Source of the DNA: Actinomycetota bacterium
Lineage (GTDB): Bacteria; Actinomycetota; Actinomycetes; S36-B12; UBA10799
Direction: 5' to 3'
DNA length: 64,000 nt
NCBI GenBank assembly: GCA_963169225.1
Contig: CAUJDH010000088.1
Coordinates: 22,718 to 86,717 of the forward strand
This document shows, one piece after another, positions 31,165 through 40,161 of the stretch (positions are counted from its first letter, which is position 1; each line of letters opens with the position of its first letter). The notes below the pieces were generated by a model. The model did not search any database and was not told where the DNA came from. It saw only the letters and a program-made list of their open reading frames with translations. Made by a program: the position numbers and the translations under genes.

Positions 31165-32115
31165 TTATGGCAATAAGTACGGCTCGCCGGTGCGGCGGGG
31201 CGTATTTGACTCTGGACTAGACGAATCGGGGCTGTTTGAGTCACTCGAAGCTGGATCGGAAGTTGCGCTAGCACTAGGGGAAGTGCTCGGATCTGGCGAA
31301 GGAGAGCAATCAGTATTTTCTGTGTTCTCCGTACTCTCGACATCCTCAGTGCTCTCCGCACCCTCCGCGCACTTCTCGTCTGTCTCTTTCTTTGCTTTCG
31401 GCGGCTTAGCTGGTCGCGGTTCCACCGCGGCGACAGTTGGCAGGCGAGGGTTCCTCACATCAAACCAATACATGCCTTTTTGTTTCAAGAGGATGCGCAG
31501 GACCTGCCCTTTGAGCTCTGAGTCCTCTGCGGTTCCCCAAACAATCGTCTCGTTGTCGTCGGTAAGTAACCTCACGGCATTGGGATCATTTGCTTTAGCA
31601 GTGGTCACTCGCTTTTTGAGCCAATCGGGAATAGCACCTAAAACCTGAGCACCGGCTGTGCGGCCGTGATTGGTAAACGGCGGTTTAACCGAAGCCTCCA
31701 AAGTAGGCAGGTCTGGAAGCTTCTTGGTGGTTCGAAACGCCTGACCGGTGGAGTCGATGATCTCCCACTCCTGAGCCCCTATTTCGACCTTGGCTACTGG
31801 CTTACGTTCTACGACCTTGATCACAACAGTATTTGGCCAGGATCTCGAAACCTGCACAGAAGCTACAGTCGGCACATCCTGAACCCGCGCGGCAACCTCA
31901 TTCTCGTTGATCTTCACGAGCGGAGTTCCAGGTTCCAAGTTCGCGGCCTGACGCACTTTGTCCGCTTGACGTCCAGTCGTACCTTCGACCTCAATCTGAC
32001 TTAGTGCAGCAACCGGTGACAGCGATCCAAAAAACAGGGCCGCGACCAGCACTAGCACTCCCCCAACGATGGCGAGGTAGCGCTTCTTTTTAAGCTGGTC
32101 TGGAATCGTGATCAT
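31165..32115 (-). CDS. ftsQ: Cell division protein FtsQ with long acidic Ser/Pro/Thr-rich C-terminal tail
   Basis: The ORF has a single N-terminal TM, a POTRA-like region (IEVEGTTGRQADKVRQAANL) and an FtsQ core. It sits after murC. The last ~80 aa are low complexity. Confidence 0.85.
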   Translation of the reverse strand: MITIPDQLKKKRYLAIVGGVLVLVAALFFGSLSPVAALSQIEVEGTTGRQADKVRQAANLEPGTPLVKINENEVAARVQDVPTVASVQVSRSWPNTVVIKVVERKPVAKVEIGAQEWEIIDSTGQAFRTTKKLPDLPTLEASVKPPFTNHGRTAGAQVLGAIPDWLKKRVTTAKANDPNAVRLLTDDNETIVWGTAEDSELKGQVLRILLKQKGMYWFDVRNPRLPTVAAVEPRPAKPPKAKKETDEKCAEGAESTEDVESTENTENTDCSPSPDPSTSPSASATSDPASSDSNSPDSSSPESNTPRRTGEPYLLP

Positions 32116-32117
32116 GG

Positions 32118-33554
32118 CTAGACCCGCTCGCCCAATGGTGTGAATTCGACACCTTGTGTTCGTTTCTGTAGCAGATCGAGGATCTCAGGACCCATCATCG
32201 AAATGTCGCCCGCGCCAAGCGTCATGATCAGATCTCCAGGTCGCGCATTCCTGACTAGCGCAGCTGGCACTTTGGACCAGGACGGTTCAAAAGTCACAAA
32301 CTCAGCGTCAAGCGGAACGTTAGAAGCCATCACTTGGCCACTCGCACCTGGAATAGGTTCTTCACCCGGCGCAAACACTTCGAGCACTACGACTTCGTCG
32401 GCTAGACCTAAGGCCTGACCAAACTCCTTACTGAACAGTGCTGTGCGGTAGTAATGGTGAGCTTGGAACGCCACAATCACACGCCCATCGCCGACCATAT
32501 CGCGGGCAGCGTGGAGGGTTGCCTCGATCTCAGTCGGATGATGTGCGTAGTCGTCATAGACGAATATGCCATCGACCTCGCCACGGAACTCAAATCGGCG
32601 CCGGGTTCCAGAGAAAGCCTCTAAACCACGAACCAACTCCTGGATGTTGAATCCAAGGCCTGCCCCACACACCAATGCAGCTGTCGCATTGAGTGCATTA
32701 TGCCGACCGGGAACGTGCAGCTGAATTGGTGGCGTCTTGACCCCATTGAGTGCCACTTCGAATTGCCATCCTCGGCCAGTCTGTTCCAGCACTGTCAAAC
32801 GGTTGTCAGCTTCCTCCGACTCACCGTAGGTACGTACGTCCAAGCCGCGAGCACGCGAGCGTTCCGCGAGAGCGGCTCCGCCAGGATCATCAATGCAAAT
32901 GACAGCAAATCCCCCACGAGAACAAAGATCAGCAACGAATTCGTCGAACCCTGCCTCGATAGCCTCGAAGTCTCCCCAATGATCCAGATGGTCTGCCTCG
33001 ACGTTTGTCACGATGCCTGCGAAAGCACCCAGCTCTTTGAACGTGCCGTCGCTTTCGTCTGCCTCAGCAATGAAGTAGTCGCCGGATCCCAAGTAGGCGT
33101 TCGATCCAGACTCGTTGAGCTCGCTTCCAATGACAAATGAAGGATCCGCACCACACTGCTGCAAAGCCACAGTGAGCATGGACGTGGTCGTGGTTTTGCC
33201 GTGGGTACCCGAAACCGCCACACCTTGAGAATCAGCCATAACGGCAGCCAATCCTTCGGCGCGCTGCCACACCTCAAGGCCGCGTTCGCGTGCCGCTGCG
33301 ATCTCCGGGTTATCTTGCGGAATTGCAGTGGACGCGAGGACGATCTTGGCATCTCCTAGGTTGTCTGCACTATGTCCAACCTCGACCCGGGCCCCCAGCG
33401 CTTGAAGCGCAGCAAGGCGACGAGAATCCTTGGCATCCGAACCGGAGACCTCAACTCCTTGGGCTAAGAGGATCCGTGCGATTCCAGACATGCCTGCACC
33501 ACCGATACCCACTACGTGCACCGGACCGCTTGCCGCCAGATTTGACTTCGTCAC
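32118..33554 (-). CDS. murC: UDP-N-acetylmuramate--L-alanine ligase
   Basis: This 478 aa ORF has the motifs VHVVGIGGAGMSGIA and GTHGKTTTTSM. Confidence 0.95.
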   Translation of the reverse strand: MTKSNLAASGPVHVVGIGGAGMSGIARILLAQGVEVSGSDAKDSRRLAALQALGARVEVGHSADNLGDAKIVLASTAIPQDNPEIAAARERGLEVWQRAEGLAAVMADSQGVAVSGTHGKTTTTSMLTVALQQCGADPSFVIGSELNESGSNAYLGSGDYFIAEADESDGTFKELGAFAGIVTNVEADHLDHWGDFEAIEAGFDEFVADLCSRGGFAVICIDDPGGAALAERSRARGLDVRTYGESEEADNRLTVLEQTGRGWQFEVALNGVKTPPIQLHVPGRHNALNATAALVCGAGLGFNIQELVRGLEAFSGTRRRFEFRGEVDGIFVYDDYAHHPTEIEATLHAARDMVGDGRVIVAFQAHHYYRTALFSKEFGQALGLADEVVVLEVFAPGEEPIPGASGQVMASNVPLDAEFVTFEPSWSKVPAALVRNARPGDLIMTLGAGDISMMGPEILDLLQKRTQGVEFTPLGERV

Positions 33555-34648
33555 TGCTTACTCCCCTCTTGACTTGCTCGAGCTTTATAGACGAGTTCGG
33601 CCAGTCTCTGGCCTGCGTCCCGCACCCCTTGCCCATACATTGCTTCTGACATCGTATTGAGCTGAGCTGGGTTGAACAAAGCACCATCGATGATTTCGCC
33701 CAAAGTGTCTGCCGATACGTCAGTGTCGTCCAGAATCACAGCGCCTCCGGCGTCAACGAGTGGCTTGGCATTAAGCGCTTGCTCACCGTTCCCCACGGCG
33801 TAGGGAATGAAGCACGAAGGAAGCCCAACAGCAGCAAGTTCGGCGCACGTCATGGCTCCGGAACGACTGACAGCAAAATCGGCAGCCGCATAGGCTAGGT
33901 CCATCCGGTCAATGTAGGACAGAGGTACGTAGTAGCGGGCTTGCTCACTACTGACCGGCACGATCTGATCCTCATTGTTCATCCCCACGCTGTGGAGCAC
34001 CTGCCCACCAGCCTTGATGATCCGAGGGACAAGCTGGCCGATTGCCTCATTGATGCGTCTGGCACCTTGCGATCCGCCAAACACCAAGAGCACTGGTCGA
34101 TCTAGCGCTAACCCCCAGTGGTGCCTGGCTTGCTGTTGAATCCCAGCACGATCGAGTTCGGCGATGCTTTGTCGAAGCGGGATACCCAACGCCTCGGCGC
34201 CTTTGAGTGATCCCGGATTGGCCTCCGCCTTGAACGGCGTATAGCGAGCCCCTAGCTTATTGGCGATGCCTGCTTTGGCATTAGCTTCATGGATCACGAT
34301 GGGGATCCGCCCCTTTGCACCCAGATAGGCAGGAATCGAGACGTAACCTCCGAAGCCCACGACCACGTCGATATCTCGCTGATCGATCAGCTCACGGACA
34401 GAATCTCTCGCTGCCCGCATACGTTTGGGTAGCCTAAATAAGTCAGCATTTGGCTTACGCGGAAGCGGTACTGCATCGACCAAGGCTAATTCGTATCCAC
34501 GTTCCGGAACCAGTTTTCCCTCAAGACCGCGTGCACTGCCCAACATGAGGATTTCCTGGGAGGGATCGTTGGCGACAAGGACATCAGCAAGGTTGAGAGC
34601 TGGTTCAATATGGCCTGCGGTTCCACCACCTGCCAGCAAGATTGTCAC
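33551..34648 (-). CDS. murG: Undecaprenyldiphospho-muramoylpentapeptide beta-N-acetylglucosaminyltransferase
   Basis: This 365 aa ORF has the motifs GGGTAGHIEPAL, FGGSQGA and RSGAMTCAELAAVG. Confidence 0.95.
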   Translation of the reverse strand: MTILLAGGGTAGHIEPALNLADVLVANDPSQEILMLGSARGLEGKLVPERGYELALVDAVPLPRKPNADLFRLPKRMRAARDSVRELIDQRDIDVVVGFGGYVSIPAYLGAKGRIPIVIHEANAKAGIANKLGARYTPFKAEANPGSLKGAEALGIPLRQSIAELDRAGIQQQARHHWGLALDRPVLLVFGGSQGARRINEAIGQLVPRIIKAGGQVLHSVGMNNEDQIVPVSSEQARYYVPLSYIDRMDLAYAAADFAVSRSGAMTCAELAAVGLPSCFIPYAVGNGEQALNAKPLVDAGGAVILDDTDVSADTLGEIIDGALFNPAQLNTMSEAMYGQGVRDAGQRLAELVYKARASQEGSKQ

Positions 34649-36150
34649 TTCCTGGTTCCTGCTTTCGTACTACGAGAACGCCTGCGTCGCGACTCTGGCT
34701 TAGGATGCCTGGATTCAGCCTTTGCACGCCCAGTTGTCTCGCCACCGCGGCGTCTCTTCTTAGACGCCGCACTCTTTGGCTTCCAACCACGTTTAGCTGC
34801 AGCGCGTTGCCGCTCTTTACGTTCTCGTGCTGGAATTCCGAACCGTACCCGACGATCATGACGTTCAGCGGCTTTCTTCTCTTCGATGTAGGCGGCTGCC
34901 TGCGGTTCTGCACGAGCAAAGGCCAGAATCATTCCGAAGGCACCCAAGGTCACAGCTAGCGACGATCCACCATTAGACACGAGTGGTAGTGGAACACCGG
35001 CGATAGGAAGTGCACCGAGAACCGCGCCCACATTCATCAGGGCCTGAGCAATAATCCACAGCCCAACGCCCGCAGTTGCCAGCTGGATAAAACGATCAGA
35101 AGACCGCATCGCGATTCGAATGACGAAGAAAGTAATAGTTCCGAACAGAGCCAATGTGCTCAAGGTGCCAACGATTCCGAGTTCTTCGCCCAGCACCGCC
35201 AAAATAAAGTCGGTCTGTGCCTCTGGCAAGAATCCCCATTTTTCGCGGCTACCGCCGAGACCAACGCCCCACCAACCCCCGGTGGCCAGCGCATAGTGAC
35301 CGTGAATGATCTGCCAACCCGCGCCAGTGGGGTCGCTTCCCGGATCAAGCCAGGTCATGAATCGCTGCATTCGATAAGGCGCAGCGATAGAGAGCATGAG
35401 GATCGCGATCAATACCATTGCGCCCATCGCGGTGAACACCTTTGCTGGCGCACCGGCGACAAACAACATGCCGGCCATAATCGCCATGAGAATCATGGCA
35501 GTACCGAGGTCACCCTCGAGAACGATAAGCACGATCATAAGGCCCGTGACCGGCGCAAATGGAATGAGCAGTGAACGCCAGCCCGCAATTTTGTCGTGCC
35601 GGTCGGTGAGAAGTTTGGCCGCCCACACCACCATCGCGAACTTGGCGAACTCACTAGGTTGCAGTCGGAACGGACCGCCAAGCTCGATCCAGTTTCGCTG
35701 ACCGTGGACACCAGAACCGATGCCTGGAACAAGCACCAGCACCAAGAGCGCGAACGACACGATCATGGCGACGCCGGCAAACTTCCGATAAATCTGCGAA
35801 TCGAGTCGTGAAGCGAACAACATCAAGCCGAAACCTAAAGCTGCAACGATCGCCTGTTTGATGAAGATGACGTAGCCGTTGCCGTCGTTCTGTTGGTATG
35901 ACAGCACATTCGAGGCTGAGAGCACCATAACCAGTCCGAGTACTACGAGAATCGTAATAGCGGAGAACAGGAATCCGTAATCAGCTAGCGGGTGGTCTAC
36001 CGCTTTCTTGATGGCGGCTCGAATGGGTGAAGTCTTGCGCTTCCGACGCGCTGTCGCGTCGTCTGAAGCTCCGTCGACGGAGACTTGAACATCTTGCTCA
36101 GTGTCATGCTCAACGCGCACGCTAGGTTTGCGCAAGTCTACGTACCCCAT
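34645..36150 (-). CDS. ftsW: SEDS-family peptidoglycan polymerase FtsW with basic C-terminal tail
   Basis: The ORF has a 10-TM SEDS core (QPSEFAK, TDFILAVLGEELG, PLPLVSNGGSS). I trimmed the start to ATG 36150, which is preceded by GGGGAGGTG and follows the murD stop at 36174. Confidence 0.92.
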   Translation of the reverse strand: MGYVDLRKPSVRVEHDTEQDVQVSVDGASDDATARRKRKTSPIRAAIKKAVDHPLADYGFLFSAITILVVLGLVMVLSASNVLSYQQNDGNGYVIFIKQAIVAALGFGLMLFASRLDSQIYRKFAGVAMIVSFALLVLVLVPGIGSGVHGQRNWIELGGPFRLQPSEFAKFAMVVWAAKLLTDRHDKIAGWRSLLIPFAPVTGLMIVLIVLEGDLGTAMILMAIMAGMLFVAGAPAKVFTAMGAMVLIAILMLSIAAPYRMQRFMTWLDPGSDPTGAGWQIIHGHYALATGGWWGVGLGGSREKWGFLPEAQTDFILAVLGEELGIVGTLSTLALFGTITFFVIRIAMRSSDRFIQLATAGVGLWIIAQALMNVGAVLGALPIAGVPLPLVSNGGSSLAVTLGAFGMILAFARAEPQAAAYIEEKKAAERHDRRVRFGIPARERKERQRAAAKRGWKPKSAASKKRRRGGETTGRAKAESRHPKPESRRRRSRSTKAGTRK

Positions 36151-36173
36151 GACACCTCCCCAAACAACCCAAA

Positions 36174-37595
36174 TCAGTCTTCGTCGGCCAGTCCCCTGAC
36201 TGCCTCTGCGAACACCTCGCCACGGTGTGAGAAGTTCTTGAACATATCCCACGACGCGCAACCAGGTGCGAGCAAGACCGTGTCGCCAGCTTGAGCTTGT
36301 TCTCGCGCAATCTCGACAACTTGGTCTATCGCACTAGTTTCCGTCGTGGACACCTCAAATACGGGTACTTGAGGCGCGTGTCGCTCAAGCGCTTGCCTAA
36401 TAACTTCGCGGTCTTTACCTAGTAATACAACGGCTCGAAGCCGATTCTGCTCCGCCTGAACCAAATCATCGAATTCTTGGCCCTTGGCAAGGCCTCCAGC
36501 TATCCATACGACAGAGTCATAGCCCGCGATGCTTGTTTGGGCCGCATGGGTGTTGGTGGCTTTGGAATCATCCACATATTCCACACCACCGAGGGTGCGA
36601 ACATGTTGAATTCGGTGTGGTGCAGGCTCAAAGTCGCGTAGGCCTTGACCTACCGCACCTGGCTCAACCCCCGCTGCACGCGCTAGGGCTGCCGCAAATA
36701 GCGCGTTCTCTACGTTATGGACTCCTGGCGGGCGAACATCCTCAACTGGAGCAAGTTCTTGAGCAGCGCGGACTCGGTCGGTAATAAAGGCACGATCCAC
36801 CAGAATATCGTCGACAACACCGAGCATCGAGATCGCAGGAATCCCCCGGGTGACACCGATCGCGCGCGCCCCCTCGATGACTTCGGCCTCCTCCACCATG
36901 CGCAAGGTGGTCTCATCGTTTTCGTTATAGACACATGCCACTCGCGTATTGGTGAATGCACGCGACTTAGCCGCGACGTAGGCCTCCATGGATCCAAAGT
37001 GATCGATGTGGTCGTCGGCAACGTTCAAACACGCGACCGCGAGCGGCTCGGCCGAATACAAGAACGGCAGTTGCGGCGCGCCCACCTCAATAGCAAAGAC
37101 ATCGAACTCTTCAGGGGAATTGACCGCCTCAACGAGGCTTACTCCGATATTGCCAACTGCGGCCGTGCGTAAACCACCTGCTCGCAACATTGACTCCAAC
37201 ATGAGCGTTGTTGTTGTCTTGCCGTTGGTTCCGGTGACAAACAACCAATCGGGTCCATCAAGACCACCTTGCAGTTGCCACGCCAGCTCAAGCTCGCCCC
37301 ATACGGGTATGTCGCGTTCTTGGGCTTGAGCAATGATCGGTGCGCTAGGACGAAGCCCTGGTGATACCACGAGAAGTTCAGCATCTTCACTAAGCTGCAA
37401 AGCTTGTCCAATGCGAGGCCTCGCACCAAGGATCTCCAGAATCGTCGCTCGCTCTTTGAGCGTCTCTGAGTCACCTTCATCGAGCAAGCTGACCGTAGCC
37501 CCGTGCTGCATCAAGGCATCAGCACAAGCGAATCCGGCTACCCCCAGTCCGACGACGTCGACAGTGAGGCCCTGAAATTTCACCCTTTGACCCAT
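36174..37595 (-). CDS. murD: UDP-N-acetylmuramoylalanine--D-glutamate ligase
   Basis: The ORF has the motifs VVGLGVAGFA and VTGTNGKTTT. The start is ATG 37595 or GTG 37583, the latter giving a GTGA overlap with the mraY stop. Confidence 0.93.
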   Translation of the reverse strand: MGQRVKFQGLTVDVVGLGVAGFACADALMQHGATVSLLDEGDSETLKERATILEILGARPRIGQALQLSEDAELLVVSPGLRPSAPIIAQAQERDIPVWGELELAWQLQGGLDGPDWLFVTGTNGKTTTTLMLESMLRAGGLRTAAVGNIGVSLVEAVNSPEEFDVFAIEVGAPQLPFLYSAEPLAVACLNVADDHIDHFGSMEAYVAAKSRAFTNTRVACVYNENDETTLRMVEEAEVIEGARAIGVTRGIPAISMLGVVDDILVDRAFITDRVRAAQELAPVEDVRPPGVHNVENALFAAALARAAGVEPGAVGQGLRDFEPAPHRIQHVRTLGGVEYVDDSKATNTHAAQTSIAGYDSVVWIAGGLAKGQEFDDLVQAEQNRLRAVVLLGKDREVIRQALERHAPQVPVFEVSTTETSAIDQVVEIAREQAQAGDTVLLAPGCASWDMFKNFSHRGEVFAEAVRGLADED

Positions 37596-38647
37596 TCCGC
37601 ATAGAAGAGACCGAGGCCGAGCACAACACAAGCACCTTGGATGATCCAGAATCGGACCACGATTTTGACTTCACTCCAACCCTTCATCTCAAAGTGGTGA
37701 TGAAGCGGTGCCATGAGGAACATCCGTTTGCCTCGCAGCTTGTAGGAGCCGACTTGGCCGATCACAGACAAAGTAATGATGAGGAACAGTCCACCTAGGA
37801 AGATCAGCAATAGCTCGGTACGGCTCAGGATCGCGAGAGCCGCAATTGCGCCACCGATCGCCAACGATCCGGTGTCACCCATAAAGATTGCCGCCGGTGA
37901 GGTATTCCACCATAGGAAGCCGATACAGGCTCCCGCCATGGCGCTGGCGAATACCGCCAAGTCGAGGGGGTCCCTGACGCCGTAACAACCTGCGAAGATG
38001 TCAAACGCGCAGCTCTGGCCGTACTGCCAAATCGAGATGACGGTATAGGCGCCGAAAGTGAGTACCGCGGCTCCGGTTGCTAGGCCGTCAAGACCGTCGG
38101 TCAGGTTCACGGCATTGGTCGTTGCCGTGACGAGCAACCAAATCCAAATGAGGAACAGGACCATTGGCAACACAAGCGGGGTGTCTCGCACAAACGAAAT
38201 AGCCTGCGAAGCCGGTGTGATGCCATCGGCGTCTGGGAATCTGGTTGCCAAAAAAGCGAACGAGATCGCAAAGAACGCCTGGCCGATCAGCTTGGTACGT
38301 GCCCGAATTCCCTGGGCGCGCTGACGGAAGATCTTGAGGTAGTCGTCCGCGAATCCGATCAGACCCAAACCGAGCATCAAATACATAGCCAAAACAACCG
38401 AACCGCTTGGCGCCCGACCTGACACTAGATGCGAAACCGCATAGCCGATCACCACAGCCAAAATGATGGCGACACCACCCATTGACGGGGTGCCGTGTTT
38501 GGCCTCGTGTTCCGGGTACGGCTCATCGGCCGTCGACACTCGGATCGCCTGCGAGTAGCCATGCTTACGCAAATACTTCATGAGCACTGGCGTGCCAAAA
38601 AGGGCAACTAACAACGCCACCGCACCAGAAATAAGTACGAAGATCAT
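37580..38647 (-). CDS. mraY: Phospho-N-acetylmuramoyl-pentapeptide transferase
   Basis: This 355 aa ORF has the motifs KHGTPSMGG, NAVNLTDGLDGLA and APLHHHFE. Confidence 0.96.
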   Translation of the reverse strand: MIFVLISGAVALLVALFGTPVLMKYLRKHGYSQAIRVSTADEPYPEHEAKHGTPSMGGVAIILAVVIGYAVSHLVSGRAPSGSVVLAMYLMLGLGLIGFADDYLKIFRQRAQGIRARTKLIGQAFFAISFAFLATRFPDADGITPASQAISFVRDTPLVLPMVLFLIWIWLLVTATTNAVNLTDGLDGLATGAAVLTFGAYTVISIWQYGQSCAFDIFAGCYGVRDPLDLAVFASAMAGACIGFLWWNTSPAAIFMGDTGSLAIGGAIAALAILSRTELLLIFLGGLFLIITLSVIGQVGSYKLRGKRMFLMAPLHHHFEMKGWSEVKIVVRFWIIQGACVVLGLGLFYAEWVKG

Positions 38648-38683
38648 GTCTGCTGTTGCTCCCTGGGTCTATCTGCGTGGAAT

Positions 38684-40150
38684 CTAGTTATGCGCTTCCA
38701 AAAGCGCAGTTACCAGTTGGTCCAAACCTGCGGCTCTGGATGCCTTGACGAACACTACGTCATTGGACTGAAGGTGCTGGCCAAGAATCTGTTCCGCGTC
38801 ATCGATCGTATCGGCAAAACGGGATTCTCCATTGTAGAAACCCTCCGCGGCTGCAGCCAGAAACATGGGGCGAGCAGACTGCCCAACGACAATCAAGTTG
38901 TCGATTCCAAGTCGCACCACTGCCCTACCCACTTCATCGTGCGCCATGACACTGTCATCCCCAAGTTCGCGCATCTCGCCGAGCACAGCCCAGGTCGTTC
39001 GGCCACGACCGGCTTGGGCGAGACCTTTGAGACCAGCAAGCATAGATTCCACATTGGCGTTATAAGAATCGTCGATCACGGTGAGCCCATCGGCCGCCTC
39101 AAGAATGTTCATGCGCCCTGGACTTAGATTCTCGGCGTCATTTAGTGACTGGGCGATCTGTTCTGGATCGATTCCTGCCGCGATAGCAGCCGCGGCAGCA
39201 GCAGCCGAGTTCAGTGCATTATGTGCGCCAGCAAGTTTCAGTTTGATGTCCAGCGAGGCTCCGTCAGGCATTTGCTCACTCACCTGCGCCGCTATTTCTA
39301 GCTGAAAACTGGGCCTAGCCAACTCATCGAGGTCGACATTAGCGACACCAACGTCAGCGACACTCGACGATCCGAAGCTGATGACTCGTCCAGGCGCTAC
39401 CTCAGCCATAGCTTTCACACGAGGATCATCGTCATTGAGTATTGCAATTCCGTCCGGCCCGAGTGCTTCGATCAGTTCCTGTTTTGCCTGCTGAGTCCCC
39501 TCTATGGACCCGAACTCACCGGCATGAGCCGAACCAACGTTGAGCACCACGCCAATATTGGGTCGCGCGATCTCGGTCAGAGTACGAATGTGACCCAGTC
39601 CCCTGGCACCCATCTCAAGGATCAAGTAGCGCGTTTCACGGTCAACTTGGAGGACTGTCATGGGTAGCCCGATTTCGTTGTTAAACGAACCGGGAGGTGC
39701 AATCGTTGAACCGTGAGGAGCAAACACCTGTGCCATCAGATCCTTGACACTTGTCTTGCCGCTAGAGCCCGTCACCGCCACCACCTCGACCTGCGGAGCG
39801 AGACTTAGTACCAAATTTGCGATCCGACCCAATGCCTGCAAGGTGTCGTCTACGACGAAAACCGTCACGGTGTCGGGCATGTCTTGCAAGGCCTCATCAG
39901 TAGCAAATGCCTTGGCTACAACCAGCGCTACCGCACCGCTCTCTATTGCATTTGAGACAAAATCGTGGCCGTCATGAGTTTCGCCAACCAAAGCGATGTA
40001 CAAATCTCCGGGAGTAATTTTTCGAGAGTCATGAACGATTTGGCCGGTCAATTCAGAGTCTTGGCTTACCGGCCCACCAGTCGGCCGTGAGGTTCCCCAA
40101 TCCGAGGCATCGACGGCCTCGGCGATTTGACTGAATGTTACGGGGATCAT
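38684..40150 (-). CDS. murF: UDP-N-acetylmuramoyl-tripeptide--D-alanyl-D-alanine ligase
   Basis: This 488 aa ORF has the motifs VTGSSGKTS and DDSYNAN. It sits between murE and mraY. Confidence 0.95.
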   Translation of the reverse strand: MIPVTFSQIAEAVDASDWGTSRPTGGPVSQDSELTGQIVHDSRKITPGDLYIALVGETHDGHDFVSNAIESGAVALVVAKAFATDEALQDMPDTVTVFVVDDTLQALGRIANLVLSLAPQVEVVAVTGSSGKTSVKDLMAQVFAPHGSTIAPPGSFNNEIGLPMTVLQVDRETRYLILEMGARGLGHIRTLTEIARPNIGVVLNVGSAHAGEFGSIEGTQQAKQELIEALGPDGIAILNDDDPRVKAMAEVAPGRVISFGSSSVADVGVANVDLDELARPSFQLEIAAQVSEQMPDGASLDIKLKLAGAHNALNSAAAAAAAIAAGIDPEQIAQSLNDAENLSPGRMNILEAADGLTVIDDSYNANVESMLAGLKGLAQAGRGRTTWAVLGEMRELGDDSVMAHDEVGRAVVRLGIDNLIVVGQSARPMFLAAAAEGFYNGESRFADTIDDAEQILGQHLQSNDVVFVKASRAAGLDQLVTALLEAHN

Positions 40151-40161
40151 CGCAACTTAGT

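Noticed and set aside
31113-31648. ORFs at 31148-31648 (+) and 31113-31361 (-) overlap the FtsQ tail region.
   Set aside because: They are low-complexity artefacts of the Ser/Pro/Asp-coding repeat region. The FtsQ frame is continuous from its conserved core.
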